Shown piece by piece: positions 37,888 through 47,477 of a stretch of DNA of 64,000 nucleotides (positions are counted from its first letter, which is position 1; each line of letters opens with the position of its first letter). The notes beneath the pieces were generated by a model, which saw only the letters and a program-made list of their open reading frames with translations, ran no database searches and was not told the DNA's origin. The stretch is from Euryarchaeota archaeon UBA181. Its GTDB lineage: Archaea > Thermoplasmatota > Poseidoniia > Poseidoniales > Thalassarchaeaceae. The stretch spans positions 1,772 to 65,771 of the forward strand of contig DALI01000049.1 in assembly GCA_002496725.1 (NCBI GenBank), written 5' to 3'. Position numbers and translations under genes: made by a program.

Positions 37888-38505
37888 ATGTCCGAAGAAT
37901 CAATTCAGGAAGCTACTGCGGTAGAGGCCCCCATTGCTGGAATTGGGACAATGGTTTTCGGAAAGTGGGATGCAACTGAAGTTACTTGCTCAGATCCCGG
38001 ACTAGCACCATACATCAACTTGACAACAATAGGTACCCCTCACAGCGGAGGCCGGCATGCTAATGCATGGTTTGGAAAATCAAAACTTTCAGTAGTTGAG
38101 AGATTCATCAATAATCTGATGAGGACAGGAAAATTCTCTGGAAAGAAGCAACATTGTGCGAAGGCGTACGAAGCGGCCCTCGATTCAATCAATGAGAGGA
38201 GTGGAGAGAATCCCCTCCAATCGTTTATCGACGCGATCGTTGAGGCCGCCCCTTGCGAAGAGATTACTAGAATCAAGCAAGGAGCTGTTAGCACTCCTAA
38301 GGCCGTCGACTCTTCTCCAAGCAGGAGATTAGATATCGCATTGAGGAACCTAGCAATAGGTTGCACATCAGCTACAGCCGGCAGTAAGAGGACATTGGTA
38401 CAGGGAATAGTCAGTGAAATTTCCAAGGCTGCAGAGGGAGATGTTGCAGCTTTCTCCATAGGAAAGAGGGAAGAAATCGAACGTGTCGCCGCTTCCGCAA
38501 GGTAA
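37888..38505 (+). CDS. rps7: Ribosomal protein S7 (uS7). Start taken at MSEES.
   Basis: KSKLSVVERFINNLMRTGK and the S7 fold pattern. Follows S12. Confidence 0.9.
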   Translation: MSEESIQEATAVEAPIAGIGTMVFGKWDATEVTCSDPGLAPYINLTTIGTPHSGGRHANAWFGKSKLSVVERFINNLMRTGKFSGKKQHCAKAYEAALDSINERSGENPLQSFIDAIVEAAPCEEITRIKQGAVSTPKAVDSSPSRRLDIALRNLAIGCTSATAGSKRTLVQGIVSEISKAAEGDVAAFSIGKREEIERVAASAR

Positions 38506-38510
38506 TACTC

Positions 38511-38536
38511 GAGTAGTCTTTCGGTCTACTTTTTAC
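38511..38536 (+). terminator. Imperfect hairpin followed by a T5 tract directly after the rps7 stop.
   Basis: gagtagtctttcggtctac-ttttt: agtag/ctact stem plus a run of T, typical of an archaeal oligo-T terminator. Confidence 0.25.
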
Positions 38537-38597
38537 TTCTTGCTACAATCGGATTTATGAACCAAAGTCAGGTGGCTCGACCCATAGAGGAATTGAG

Positions 38598-40805
38598 ATG
38601 GGTCGTAAGGAAGACAACATCAAGAGAGCTACAGAGATAATGCACGACCGTGACCATATCAGAAACATTGCAATTGCCGCTCATATCGATCATGGCAAGA
38701 CCACGCTTTCGGATAATCTGATTGCCGGTGCTGGAATGATGTCAGAAGATCTTGCAGGTAAGTCAAGGGTTCTCGATTTCGATGAACAGGAAAGTGCGCG
38801 TGGCATCACAATCAATGCTGCAAGTGCATCGATGGTCCACGTTGTTGGTGGACAAGACTACCTGATAAATCTCATCGATACCCCTGGGCACGTTGACTTC
38901 GGAGGAGACGTTACAAGGGCCATGAGGGCCGTAGATGGATGTATAATTCTAGCATGTGCAGTAGAGGGAACCATGCCTCAGACAGAAACCGTTGTCCGTC
39001 AGGCACTCAAGGAGAAGGTCCGACCAGTACTTTTCATAAACAAGGTTGATCGTTTGATTAATGAGTTACAAATAGATGGCCCAGAGATGATGGCCAGATT
39101 TGAGAAGATAATCACCAAGGTCAATAAATTGATTTCTACCTATGCACCAGAGGAATTGAGAAGGGACTGGCAGGTTTCAGTTCAGAAGGGGACCGTTGCC
39201 TTCGGCTCCGCATACTACAACTGGGGCATGTCCATTCCTTACATGCAAAAAAGCAACATCAACTTCAAGCAGATTTTTGAGTTCTGCCATAACGATAATC
39301 AGAAAGAACTGGCAAAGCTCGCACCAGTACACACCGTACTACTCGATATGACTGTTGAGAAGCACCCCTCTCCTGTAATAGCTCAGAAGTACAGAATTCC
39401 TAATATTTGGCAGGGTGATTTGGAATCAGGAGTTGGTAAGGCTATGATGGATTGTGATCCAGATGGCCCACTTTCATTGATGATTACAAAGATCTGGATG
39501 GATCCACATGCAGGAGAGGTAGCCGTCGGAAGAGTATACTCGGGTAGAATAAAACATGGTGAGTCCGTGTGGGCAATTGGTGCCGCAAAGGCAGAGAGGG
39601 TTCAACAGGTCGGTATGATGGTTGGTGGCGATAGAATCGCTACCTCAGAGGTAACATCTGGAAACATTGCGGCTATTACTGGAATACGCAGTGCCGCCGC
39701 TGGTGTAACGATCTCCAGAGAAAAAGACGCCCCTCCATTCGAGGCCATTAGGCATATCTCAGAACCTGTAGTCACGGTTGCTGTCGAGCCTAAGTCAATG
39801 AAAGACCTCCCTAAGTTCATCGATGCATTGAGGGGTCTCGCGAAGGCAGACGCTTCTCTGGAGGTCTCAACTAATCAAGAAACTGGTGAGGCCCTACTAG
39901 CTGGTATGGGGGAGCTCCATCTGGAGATTACTGTGTACAGACTGGAGGAGGAGCAGGGAATCAAGGTTAAGGTAAGTGAGCCAATTGTGGTTTACAGGGA
40001 ATCCGTTCAGAGTGATAACAAGGGGAGTGCATTTGAAGGTAAGTCTCCAAATAGGCACAACAGATTTTACATAGAGACAGAGCCACTTCCAGATATTGTT
40101 GTTGATAAGCTCAGAGCCGGTGAATTTAGAGACGGGACAGTCAGGGCCAAAGACTCTAAAGAAATCGGTGATCAGTTCGCAGAGCTCGGTATGAACAAAG
40201 ATTTGATGCGCAAGATTTACGCTATCAATGGCACCAACGTACTAGTAAATGATACCAAGGGAATTCAGAATCTGCATGAGACCAGAGAGCTAATAATCGA
40301 TGGTTTCAATGACGTCTGTAAGAAGGGCCCAGTTGCTGATGAACCATTGATGGGAGTTATGGTAAGGCTAGTTGATGCAAAACTGCATGAGGATGCCATA
40401 CACAGGGGTCCCGCGCAAACAATCCCTGCTGTGAGAAACGCGGTCAAGGGTGCTTTTATGAGATCCAGGCCAGTAATATTTGAGCCAATTCAGAAGATTC
40501 AGATTGACTCTCCGAATGATGTTATCGGAGGAGTAACTAGAGAAGTCTCAACAAGGAGGGGAATTATCGAGGACATGCCAGTGGAAGATGGCGTAACCAA
40601 GGTAATCGGAACTATTCCAGTAGCTGAGACATTCGGTTTCTCGAATGATATACGAGCTGCGAGCCAGGGAAGGGCGATTTGGAACATGGAAAATGCCGGT
40701 TTCGTTCACTTACCACCGAATCTGTTTGAGAAGGTAACTTCTGAGATCAGGGAAAGAAAGGGTCTCAAAGCTGAAATTCCAGGTGAGCTACATTACCAGG
40801 ACTAG
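38598..40805 (+). CDS. fusA: Elongation factor 2 (aEF-2).
   Basis: AHIDHGKTTLSDNL, DTPGHVDF and the diphthamide-site loop DAIHRGPAQ. Length 735 aa. Confidence 0.95.
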   Translation: MGRKEDNIKRATEIMHDRDHIRNIAIAAHIDHGKTTLSDNLIAGAGMMSEDLAGKSRVLDFDEQESARGITINAASASMVHVVGGQDYLINLIDTPGHVDFGGDVTRAMRAVDGCIILACAVEGTMPQTETVVRQALKEKVRPVLFINKVDRLINELQIDGPEMMARFEKIITKVNKLISTYAPEELRRDWQVSVQKGTVAFGSAYYNWGMSIPYMQKSNINFKQIFEFCHNDNQKELAKLAPVHTVLLDMTVEKHPSPVIAQKYRIPNIWQGDLESGVGKAMMDCDPDGPLSLMITKIWMDPHAGEVAVGRVYSGRIKHGESVWAIGAAKAERVQQVGMMVGGDRIATSEVTSGNIAAITGIRSAAAGVTISREKDAPPFEAIRHISEPVVTVAVEPKSMKDLPKFIDALRGLAKADASLEVSTNQETGEALLAGMGELHLEITVYRLEEEQGIKVKVSEPIVVYRESVQSDNKGSAFEGKSPNRHNRFYIETEPLPDIVVDKLRAGEFRDGTVRAKDSKEIGDQFAELGMNKDLMRKIYAINGTNVLVNDTKGIQNLHETRELIIDGFNDVCKKGPVADEPLMGVMVRLVDAKLHEDAIHRGPAQTIPAVRNAVKGAFMRSRPVIFEPIQKIQIDSPNDVIGGVTREVSTRRGIIEDMPVEDGVTKVIGTIPVAETFGFSNDIRAASQGRAIWNMENAGFVHLPPNLFEKVTSEIRERKGLKAEIPGELHYQD

Positions 40806-40807
40806 AC

Positions 40808-42496
40808 TCAGTTAATTCTGATTAGTTGGAAATCAGTCATCTCTCTGAGTATGGATACTGAGTCGGAATCGCCTAGAATATCCAAGCACGAATGGGCCTT
40901 TGAATGGTGGAACATAGCCCTGTCCTTGGCATATTGTATAGATCCGTTGTCATGAAGTTCCTGCACGGCCTTAGCTAGTAGCTCTGATTCACACTCCCCT
41001 GATCCGTAAGCTTCTCTGAAGGATGGGAGCTCTTTCCCTGTGCCTAAAGCATGAATCGCTATCAGAGTTCTTTTTCCTTGAACAATATCGGAACCTGCGG
41101 GTTTACCCAGTGTCTCAGTATCTCCCGTGATGTCAATCAAATCATCCATCAACTGAAAGCACAGGCCCATATTAAGGCCCCATTCCGCCATTGATTCAAC
41201 TATTTGTTCCGTCGCCCCGGATAATTTTGCTCCTGTCATTGCACAGGTCTCGAACATTGCCGAAGTCTTACCAGCGATCATCTCTATGTATTCATCTTCA
41301 GAAACATGTTCCCTTTTCTCGAATTCCATATCAATCATCTGACCTTCAGCAACCCTCCTGACCATCTCACCAATAGATTTGACCAAGAAAACTAGGTCAT
41401 CCGAAATTATGTCATCAGACTCAGCGAGAATTTCAAATGCTACTGCGAGCATAGCATCTCCAGCATTAATTGCGGTCGCGTCATCATAAGCAACGTGTAC
41501 TGCATCCAAGCCCCTTCTAATCGGATCTTGATCCATGATGTCATCATGAACCAACGTGAAGTTGTGAATAATTTCTATAGATGCTCCAAGGGTCGTATGG
41601 CCTGCATTTGATTGGCCCACTGCGTCTCCAACAAGTTTCGGCAAGATAGCCCTCAACCTCTTTCCCCCTCCCGTGAAAAGGTGAGTCATTGCCCCATGCA
41701 ACCTTTCTTGTTTTATCTTAGACAAGCTCATCAGAATTTCATCCTCGACAGTTTCCCTATGCTCCTTTAATGCCGCCATTAGCGAAGAACCAGGTGATAT
41801 TACCACGCTTCCAATGTCCACTTCTCCGAATTTAACCACACCGACCCGTTTATTGATGCCTGTTAGATTTGGATAATCTCCCTCAAGGAACTCCATCCAT
41901 AGTAGTCTGAACCAAGGAGCTACTAGCTCGTCCTCCCACTTTCCAGAACCCTCCATAATATCTGATATCTCCTCTGAATCTACCCACATGTATGAAGAAA
42001 TTTCATTTTCATTAGGATTGATATCCAAGGAATCAACTTTAGTTATGAGTACGTGGTCAACTTCGTTTTCTAACCACTCATCGTTCCACCTGCACTTGTA
42101 TTGAAAAGCTCCAAGATGTACGAAAACTAGGGAATCAGCTCTCTCCTTGCTTATTCCCAATTCTTGAGGGAGCTTCCTTCTTGCGGCATTGATACAACCC
42201 TGTACGGGATCGTCATTTTCCCCTTCAATATCCAGGGGATGGCTACAGCAACTGTTGGCCCAGATCCCAGGGAATGTAATTTTCTCAGAGGAACGTTGCT
42301 GAATTAGTAGTCTATTCTCCGAATCAAAAATAAGTACACTGAATGCGCGATGTAGCAAACCCTCACCGTTATGGCAAACTAATTTGCTCGCAGCCCCCAT
42401 CATTTTGTCATTATGGTCAACCAGAATACACGACTCTGCCATCATTTCAGCCTGTGAGTTGTCATGCCCGGAAAGAGCGTTCGTCCCATCGGCCAT
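40808..42496 (-). CDS. Bifunctional fusion: type-1 isopentenyl-diphosphate isomerase (Nudix-fold IDI1) joined N-terminally to a trans-prenyl (geranylgeranyl) diphosphate synthase.
   Basis: IDI1 motifs HRAFSVLIFDSENRLLIQQRSSEKITFPGIWANSCCSHP in the first 200 aa. Polyprenyl synthase FARM LVHDDIMDQD and SARM FQLMDDLID in the C-terminal 350 aa. 562 aa in total. Confidence 0.75.
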   Translation of the reverse strand: MADGTNALSGHDNSQAEMMAESCILVDHNDKMMGAASKLVCHNGEGLLHRAFSVLIFDSENRLLIQQRSSEKITFPGIWANSCCSHPLDIEGENDDPVQGCINAARRKLPQELGISKERADSLVFVHLGAFQYKCRWNDEWLENEVDHVLITKVDSLDINPNENEISSYMWVDSEEISDIMEGSGKWEDELVAPWFRLLWMEFLEGDYPNLTGINKRVGVVKFGEVDIGSVVISPGSSLMAALKEHRETVEDEILMSLSKIKQERLHGAMTHLFTGGGKRLRAILPKLVGDAVGQSNAGHTTLGASIEIIHNFTLVHDDIMDQDPIRRGLDAVHVAYDDATAINAGDAMLAVAFEILAESDDIISDDLVFLVKSIGEMVRRVAEGQMIDMEFEKREHVSEDEYIEMIAGKTSAMFETCAMTGAKLSGATEQIVESMAEWGLNMGLCFQLMDDLIDITGDTETLGKPAGSDIVQGKRTLIAIHALGTGKELPSFREAYGSGECESELLAKAVQELHDNGSIQYAKDRAMFHHSKAHSCLDILGDSDSVSILREMTDFQLIRIN

Positions 42497-42534
42497 GCTA
42501 TTGCGAGAAACCTACGACATATAACAGAATCCAA

Positions 42535-43329
42535 TCAACCTAGTATTTTGGTGCCTATGGTGGTCCCACTATCTATTAGCTGGCTTATTCTGTCCGGATG
42601 ATTCCCATTGATGAACCAAACCTCTTCAATATCAGTGGATATTGCCGATGCTCTCGAGGCCTTCAGAACTATTCCCCCTGTCACATCCTGTTCCGCATTA
42701 TGCATTGTTTCGACGAATTCCCCCTCCTTCCATGTTTCCAATAATCTTGATCCTTTCATATCAGGGGGCCTATCCAACATGCCATCAGCATCTCCAAGAA
42801 GAAAAATACAGTGTGTAACGGAGGGTACTTCTAGGGAAATCCTAGCCATCAGATCATCACCTGATAGAATTCCGAATTCATTATCTCCCGGGACGCTAAC
42901 TACGTCTCCGAAGGTTATCGGTACTATCTCACTTGGAATATTTTCAAAAATTCCGATGTCACCCTCAAATCCCTCTCCAGTTCCTGTAGCCCATTCAGAA
43001 GGTGGAAAAACCCTGCTATTGACTCCCTGTCTCCTCAATGAGCTAGTCACAAATTCACAGAGCTCAACCATATCACTTCTTACTTCCCCTACAGCTTCAC
43101 GTTGTTGAACAGATATCTCAGGTCTCAACCCCCCGGATAGTGACCATTTCTTGGCTAGAAGATGTCCAAATGATCCAGCTCCATGTACTATGATGACCGA
43201 GTGTCCATTCGAAATTAGTTTCGAAACTTCTTTGCTAATGGCGTCTATTATGTCAATTTTTGGAGTCTTAAATAACGACTTATCAGTGATTAAACCCCCG
43301 CCTAACTTGACTACAATCCTCGCCGCCAT
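42535..43329 (-). CDS. ipk: Isopentenyl phosphate kinase (amino-acid-kinase fold).
   Basis: IVVKLGGGLITDK...HGAGSFGH, typical of IPK. Start taken at MAARIVVK. Confidence 0.7.
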   Translation of the reverse strand: MAARIVVKLGGGLITDKSLFKTPKIDIIDAISKEVSKLISNGHSVIIVHGAGSFGHLLAKKWSLSGGLRPEISVQQREAVGEVRSDMVELCEFVTSSLRRQGVNSRVFPPSEWATGTGEGFEGDIGIFENIPSEIVPITFGDVVSVPGDNEFGILSGDDLMARISLEVPSVTHCIFLLGDADGMLDRPPDMKGSRLLETWKEGEFVETMHNAEQDVTGGIVLKASRASAISTDIEEVWFINGNHPDRISQLIDSGTTIGTKILG

Positions 43330-43412
43330 GATGTTGCAGAGGCACTGGTTAGATTTGGGTTCTCCTATCAATTAATTGAAAGGTTCATTTCTATGAGGGT
43401 TTTGGAAGTATC

Positions 43413-43742
43413 ATGGGCGAAGCCGGTGAGATTGAAATCTTCCAAAGATGGCTACAATCAAAACTTGCAGCTTCTGAGCATATAGAAGATCCTTCAGAGA
43501 GGGATAGGAGGAGGCTTCACATTGAATCAGCCATCTCGGAGACTATTTTTTTCAGAGAATCGCTCGAGAAACTAGAGTCATTGGAGTCACCAGCTCCTTT
43601 CATTGAGAGGAGCACAGCAGTTAGGGCCTTGGAAAAATCCCCTCAAGCTGTTTCAACCAAGGATGGTAAGAACTGCATCAAGTGCTCCTCGGAGTTAGCC
43701 TCAGACCTAGACTTCTGTCCATCTTGTGGAGAAGAGAATTAA
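43413..43742 (+). CDS. Small hypothetical protein with a C-terminal zinc ribbon.
   Basis: CIKCSSELASDLDFCPSCG at the C-terminus. 109 aa. Confidence 0.35.
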   Translation: MGEAGEIEIFQRWLQSKLAASEHIEDPSERDRRRLHIESAISETIFFRESLEKLESLESPAPFIERSTAVRALEKSPQAVSTKDGKNCIKCSSELASDLDFCPSCGEEN

Positions 43743-44462
43743 TCACTCTTCTTCATCCCACTTGGCTCTAGCCAATTCGAACTCGGGATTATCTTCTGGT
43801 AGAATACTCAAGTATTCCCCTGCAACAGAATCTGCTAAGTAAACCGTTACACCAGCATGCCAAACTGTATCTCCCGATGCTACCATTGATGCAGTATCGA
43901 CCTCTAGAATTGTCGGTCTGCTATGATGAACCTTTCCAGCTTCTGCGGCTGATCTGACTGTAGCAGAAAGATGTACATGTGACCTTCCGCTTGGTGAAAT
44001 TCCAACTTCTAGGAGATTCTCAGCCTCATCGGGAGAGCAAGGATAGAAAAGCGAAGGTGGAATATTATCCGTGGGAAGGTCTAGCTCGATCTCTAGGCTA
44101 TGCCCGTATGTGGCCCTAATCATATTTCCTCTGACCTCATATCTTCCTTTGGGATCGGTTTCCGATATTGCCCTAAAGTGATGAGGCCTCAACCAGTGAT
44201 ATCTTCTTTCATTAGACTTCTTGAATTGCCTGATTATGTCTTTGATGTCTATCCAACCATTGATGTCCATTTCCAAATCAAACTTCTCTGGAGCGTGTCT
44301 GAGAACCAGAGCAAGTCTTCTTGCAATAGAGTCTCTTTCATTACCTCTCATAATGAATTTTCCTTCTGAATTGCATGCTGGACATAGGTCATCATCTGAG
44401 AAATATCCATGTGTTTCGCACTCTCTAATCATATTATCATCCCGGCCAGTTGCAGCCTTCAC
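43743..44462 (-). CDS. kptA: RNA 2'-phosphotransferase KptA/Tpt1 with an N-terminal zinc ribbon.
   Basis: RLALVLRHAPEKFDLEMDINGWIDIKDI and HLS...HAG motifs, N-terminal CETHG...CPAC. Confidence 0.65.
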   Translation of the reverse strand: MKAATGRDDNMIRECETHGYFSDDDLCPACNSEGKFIMRGNERDSIARRLALVLRHAPEKFDLEMDINGWIDIKDIIRQFKKSNERRYHWLRPHHFRAISETDPKGRYEVRGNMIRATYGHSLEIELDLPTDNIPPSLFYPCSPDEAENLLEVGISPSGRSHVHLSATVRSAAEAGKVHHSRPTILEVDTASMVASGDTVWHAGVTVYLADSVAGEYLSILPEDNPEFELARAKWDEEE

Positions 44463-44536
44463 ATGAACCTCTCGGTTGATGACTTTCTATTGTATCATCC
44501 ACCAAGTGTTATTTTCCTCCATCTCTCCCGAGGCTC

Positions 44537-45667
44537 GTGAGAGCAGTAATTGTAGATTGGATGAGAAGCCCGTTTCATCGTGCACACAAGGGAAACTTGT
44601 CAGCGATCCGCCCTGATGAAATGCTAGGGCAAGTAACTAAGTCACTTCTTACAAGGAATAGTATCAATCCCAAAGATATTGATGATATAATCGTAGGTTG
44701 CGCCTATCCCGAGGGAGAGCAGGGATACAATATCGGTAGATTAACGGCTTTCCTGGGCAATATTCCTTCAGATGTTCCAGGGATGACAATCAATAGGCTA
44801 TGTGGCTCCTCAATGCAGGCCATATTAGTTGCCGCCTCAAACATAGAGTCTGGATGGGGAGAATGCTTTCTTTGTGCTGGTATCGAATCTATGAGTAGGG
44901 TGAAGAGAAGGGGTTTCAACTGGAGTCCTCACCCAATCTTGAAGGACGAATTTCCTGAAGCATACATAAACATGGGAATAACCGCTGAGAATGTTGCAGA
45001 TTCCTGGGGAATATCTAGGATATCTCAAGAGCAATTCGCACTCGATTCTCACATGAAATCAATTTATGCCAGGGATAATGGAAATTTTGATGATGAGATA
45101 TGCCCAATAAATACCGATGGAGGAGTCATCAGTGAAGATGGCTGTATCAGAGAAACTAGCCTAGAATCAATGTCTAAATTGAGTCCTGTTTTCCGAGAAA
45201 ATGGATCTGTCACTGCCGCCACTTCTTCCCCTCTTACGGATGGAGCAGTTTGTATGATCGTTTGTAGCTCGGAATTCGCCGAGATTAATGGTTTGGAGCC
45301 ATTAGCCAGAATCGTATCAAGCGCAGTCACTGGTTGCCCCCCAGAAATAATGGGCATAGGCCCGATCAAATCTACTGAGATCGCACTTAATAGATCAGGG
45401 TGGACCATCGATGACGTCGATGTCTTTGAAATCAACGAAGCTTTCTCTTCACAGAGTCTCGCAGTCATTAATGATCTTTCAATCGACTACCAGAAAGTGA
45501 ATTTAGACGGTGGAGCTATCTCAATTGGCCATCCCTTGGGTGCCTCGGGAGCGAGGATAGTCGGAAAGGCCGCTTCTATACTCAGGCGTACTGGTTCCAA
45601 TAAGGCCCTAGCTACTATGTGCATAGGAGGGGGAATGGGTATTTCCATCACTTTAGAGAGCATCTAG
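44537..45667 (+). CDS. Acetyl-CoA C-acetyltransferase (thiolase II type).
   Basis: NRLCGSSMQA contains the active-site Cys. C-terminal GHPLGASGAR and CIGGGMG motifs. Confidence 0.8.
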   Translation: MRAVIVDWMRSPFHRAHKGNLSAIRPDEMLGQVTKSLLTRNSINPKDIDDIIVGCAYPEGEQGYNIGRLTAFLGNIPSDVPGMTINRLCGSSMQAILVAASNIESGWGECFLCAGIESMSRVKRRGFNWSPHPILKDEFPEAYINMGITAENVADSWGISRISQEQFALDSHMKSIYARDNGNFDDEICPINTDGGVISEDGCIRETSLESMSKLSPVFRENGSVTAATSSPLTDGAVCMIVCSSEFAEINGLEPLARIVSSAVTGCPPEIMGIGPIKSTEIALNRSGWTIDDVDVFEINEAFSSQSLAVINDLSIDYQKVNLDGGAISIGHPLGASGARIVGKAASILRRTGSNKALATMCIGGGMGISITLESI

Positions 45668-46218
45668 GGTACTAGCTTCCCATTGCATTCAGGACAAATA
45701 TCATTCTTAGTTAGAAGTGATGGGATTACTGCAAGTACACTAGAGCAATGAGGACATGCGGCAATAACTTCCTCATTTTCCAAATTTATTGGATTTATAG
45801 AATTTTTTCCTTCGAACCAAGATACGTATGTCGTGTTATTCAATGATGCAATTCTTCTAAATGAGGTGATCCCCAACATGGCGTACAACGCCCCGACAAT
45901 TATTGAGGGACCCGTCAAAATCAGCAAAATTCCTTCGATGACGAAGCATAACCCAAGTGACCCGAGCGATATCGAGCATACAAAAATACCCGGACTCTTG
46001 CGAAGCCTCAGAAGTATGGCGCCCAAAAACGATAACGGTAGGGAGATAATGGCAAAAATCATCGGAAAAATGTAAAAAATTGATTTATCATATGGTAGGC
46101 TAAAAATCGCTACGAACTGCACAATTGCCAGTATTACGATTAGAAAAGATATGTGCCGAGTGACGGATTCCATGCCCCGACTCATGATTTCAGACCTCCA
46201 CGGGAGCGACGCACTCAT
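45664..46218 (-). CDS. Hypothetical membrane protein (4 TM helices) with a C-terminal zinc ribbon.
   Basis: CPHCSSVLAV...CPECNGKL at the C-terminus. 184 aa. Confidence 0.4.
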   Translation of the reverse strand: MSASLPWRSEIMSRGMESVTRHISFLIVILAIVQFVAIFSLPYDKSIFYIFPMIFAIISLPLSFLGAILLRLRKSPGIFVCSISLGSLGLCFVIEGILLILTGPSIIVGALYAMLGITSFRRIASLNNTTYVSWFEGKNSINPINLENEEVIAACPHCSSVLAVIPSLLTKNDICPECNGKLVP

Positions 46219-46241
46219 GAATCACTCGGCAATCGCATGTC

Positions 46242-47429
46242 ATGGACGGGGACACCGGCGTAAGCCAGCATAGCCATTCCCTATCCGGTAGAAGCATCCT
46301 TCTTGCTGTATCTGGGGGCATTGCCGCGGTTGAGTCAGTAAGACTCTGTCGGGAATTGAGGAGGCATGGAGCCACAGTCTCTCCAATGATGACAAAGGAA
46401 GCAACAAAGATACTCTCTCCATTGGCACTTTCGTGGGGTTCTGGTACTGAGGTAATCTCCACTTGGGAGTCATCTATGGCCCAACTTGACAAATATGACG
46501 CCATTGTTGTTGCCCCCGCTACGAGGAACACCATTGCTAAGCACTTGAATGGAATAATGGACTCTCCATTGATGATGGCTCTATCTGCGGCCAGAGGAAG
46601 TAAAACTCCTCTGGTTTTTGTTCCATCAATGCACTCCGATTTATTTGACGATCCAGTAACTGGAGATTTGCTATCATCATTAGAGGATGAAGGCTCTGAA
46701 GTAATTTTTGATGATGAGGAAGAAGGGAAAAGAAAACAGCCAGATCCAGTTGAGATAGTAGCTCAGATATGTCACATTGTTAATTCCAGACTTCCGAACA
46801 GAAGAATCGTGGCAATCACACTAGGTGCTAATTCAGCTCCAATAGATGACATTAGGAGCGTTACAAATACATCCTCAGGCCTTACAGGGTGGACTATTTC
46901 CGAACACCTCCATAGAATGGGGCATAAAGTGACTTGTATAGCGGGAAACACAACAAAAAATCCTAACTTTATTTTACCTGATATTAGACGTGCGTTCGAC
47001 CCACAGAAGATGCTTGATCAGGCACTTAAAGTTGCCACAGAACTTTCACCTGACACATGGATTTTCTGTGCTGCTGTTTTAGACTACATACCTGAGTACG
47101 TCTCCGGGAAAATACCCAGTTCCCAAGACGAACTCTCCGTAAAATTCCTGCCCACACAGAAACACATCCCATTGATTCTAGAGAAAACTGGAGAATGCTA
47201 TTCTATAGGTTTCAAATTAGAGAGCTCAGTCGAAATTCAGCAATTAATAGATAATGCTTCATCACAGGTTGATAGATATTCAATGAATGCAGTATTCGCA
47301 AATAGACTCGAAGATATGGCGAATGAGAACTCTTCACGTGCATGGTTAATAGAATCCGACGGCAATACTCGGGAAATTCCAGATCTGACTTCTCTGTGTG
47401 AGAATATTGAGGCATTAATGGCCAGTTAA
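46242..47429 (+). CDS. coaBC: Bifunctional phosphopantothenoylcysteine decarboxylase / phosphopantothenate–cysteine ligase.
   Basis: N-terminal flavoprotein ILLAVSGGIAA...VAPAT. CoaB motif ITLGANSAPIDDIRSVTNTSSG. Confidence 0.75.
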   Translation: MDGDTGVSQHSHSLSGRSILLAVSGGIAAVESVRLCRELRRHGATVSPMMTKEATKILSPLALSWGSGTEVISTWESSMAQLDKYDAIVVAPATRNTIAKHLNGIMDSPLMMALSAARGSKTPLVFVPSMHSDLFDDPVTGDLLSSLEDEGSEVIFDDEEEGKRKQPDPVEIVAQICHIVNSRLPNRRIVAITLGANSAPIDDIRSVTNTSSGLTGWTISEHLHRMGHKVTCIAGNTTKNPNFILPDIRRAFDPQKMLDQALKVATELSPDTWIFCAAVLDYIPEYVSGKIPSSQDELSVKFLPTQKHIPLILEKTGECYSIGFKLESSVEIQQLIDNASSQVDRYSMNAVFANRLEDMANENSSRAWLIESDGNTREIPDLTSLCENIEALMAS

Positions 47430-47477
47430 CGCCCACATGATACGAATTATTCAAACCGTCCCCGTACACGGAGTTAC

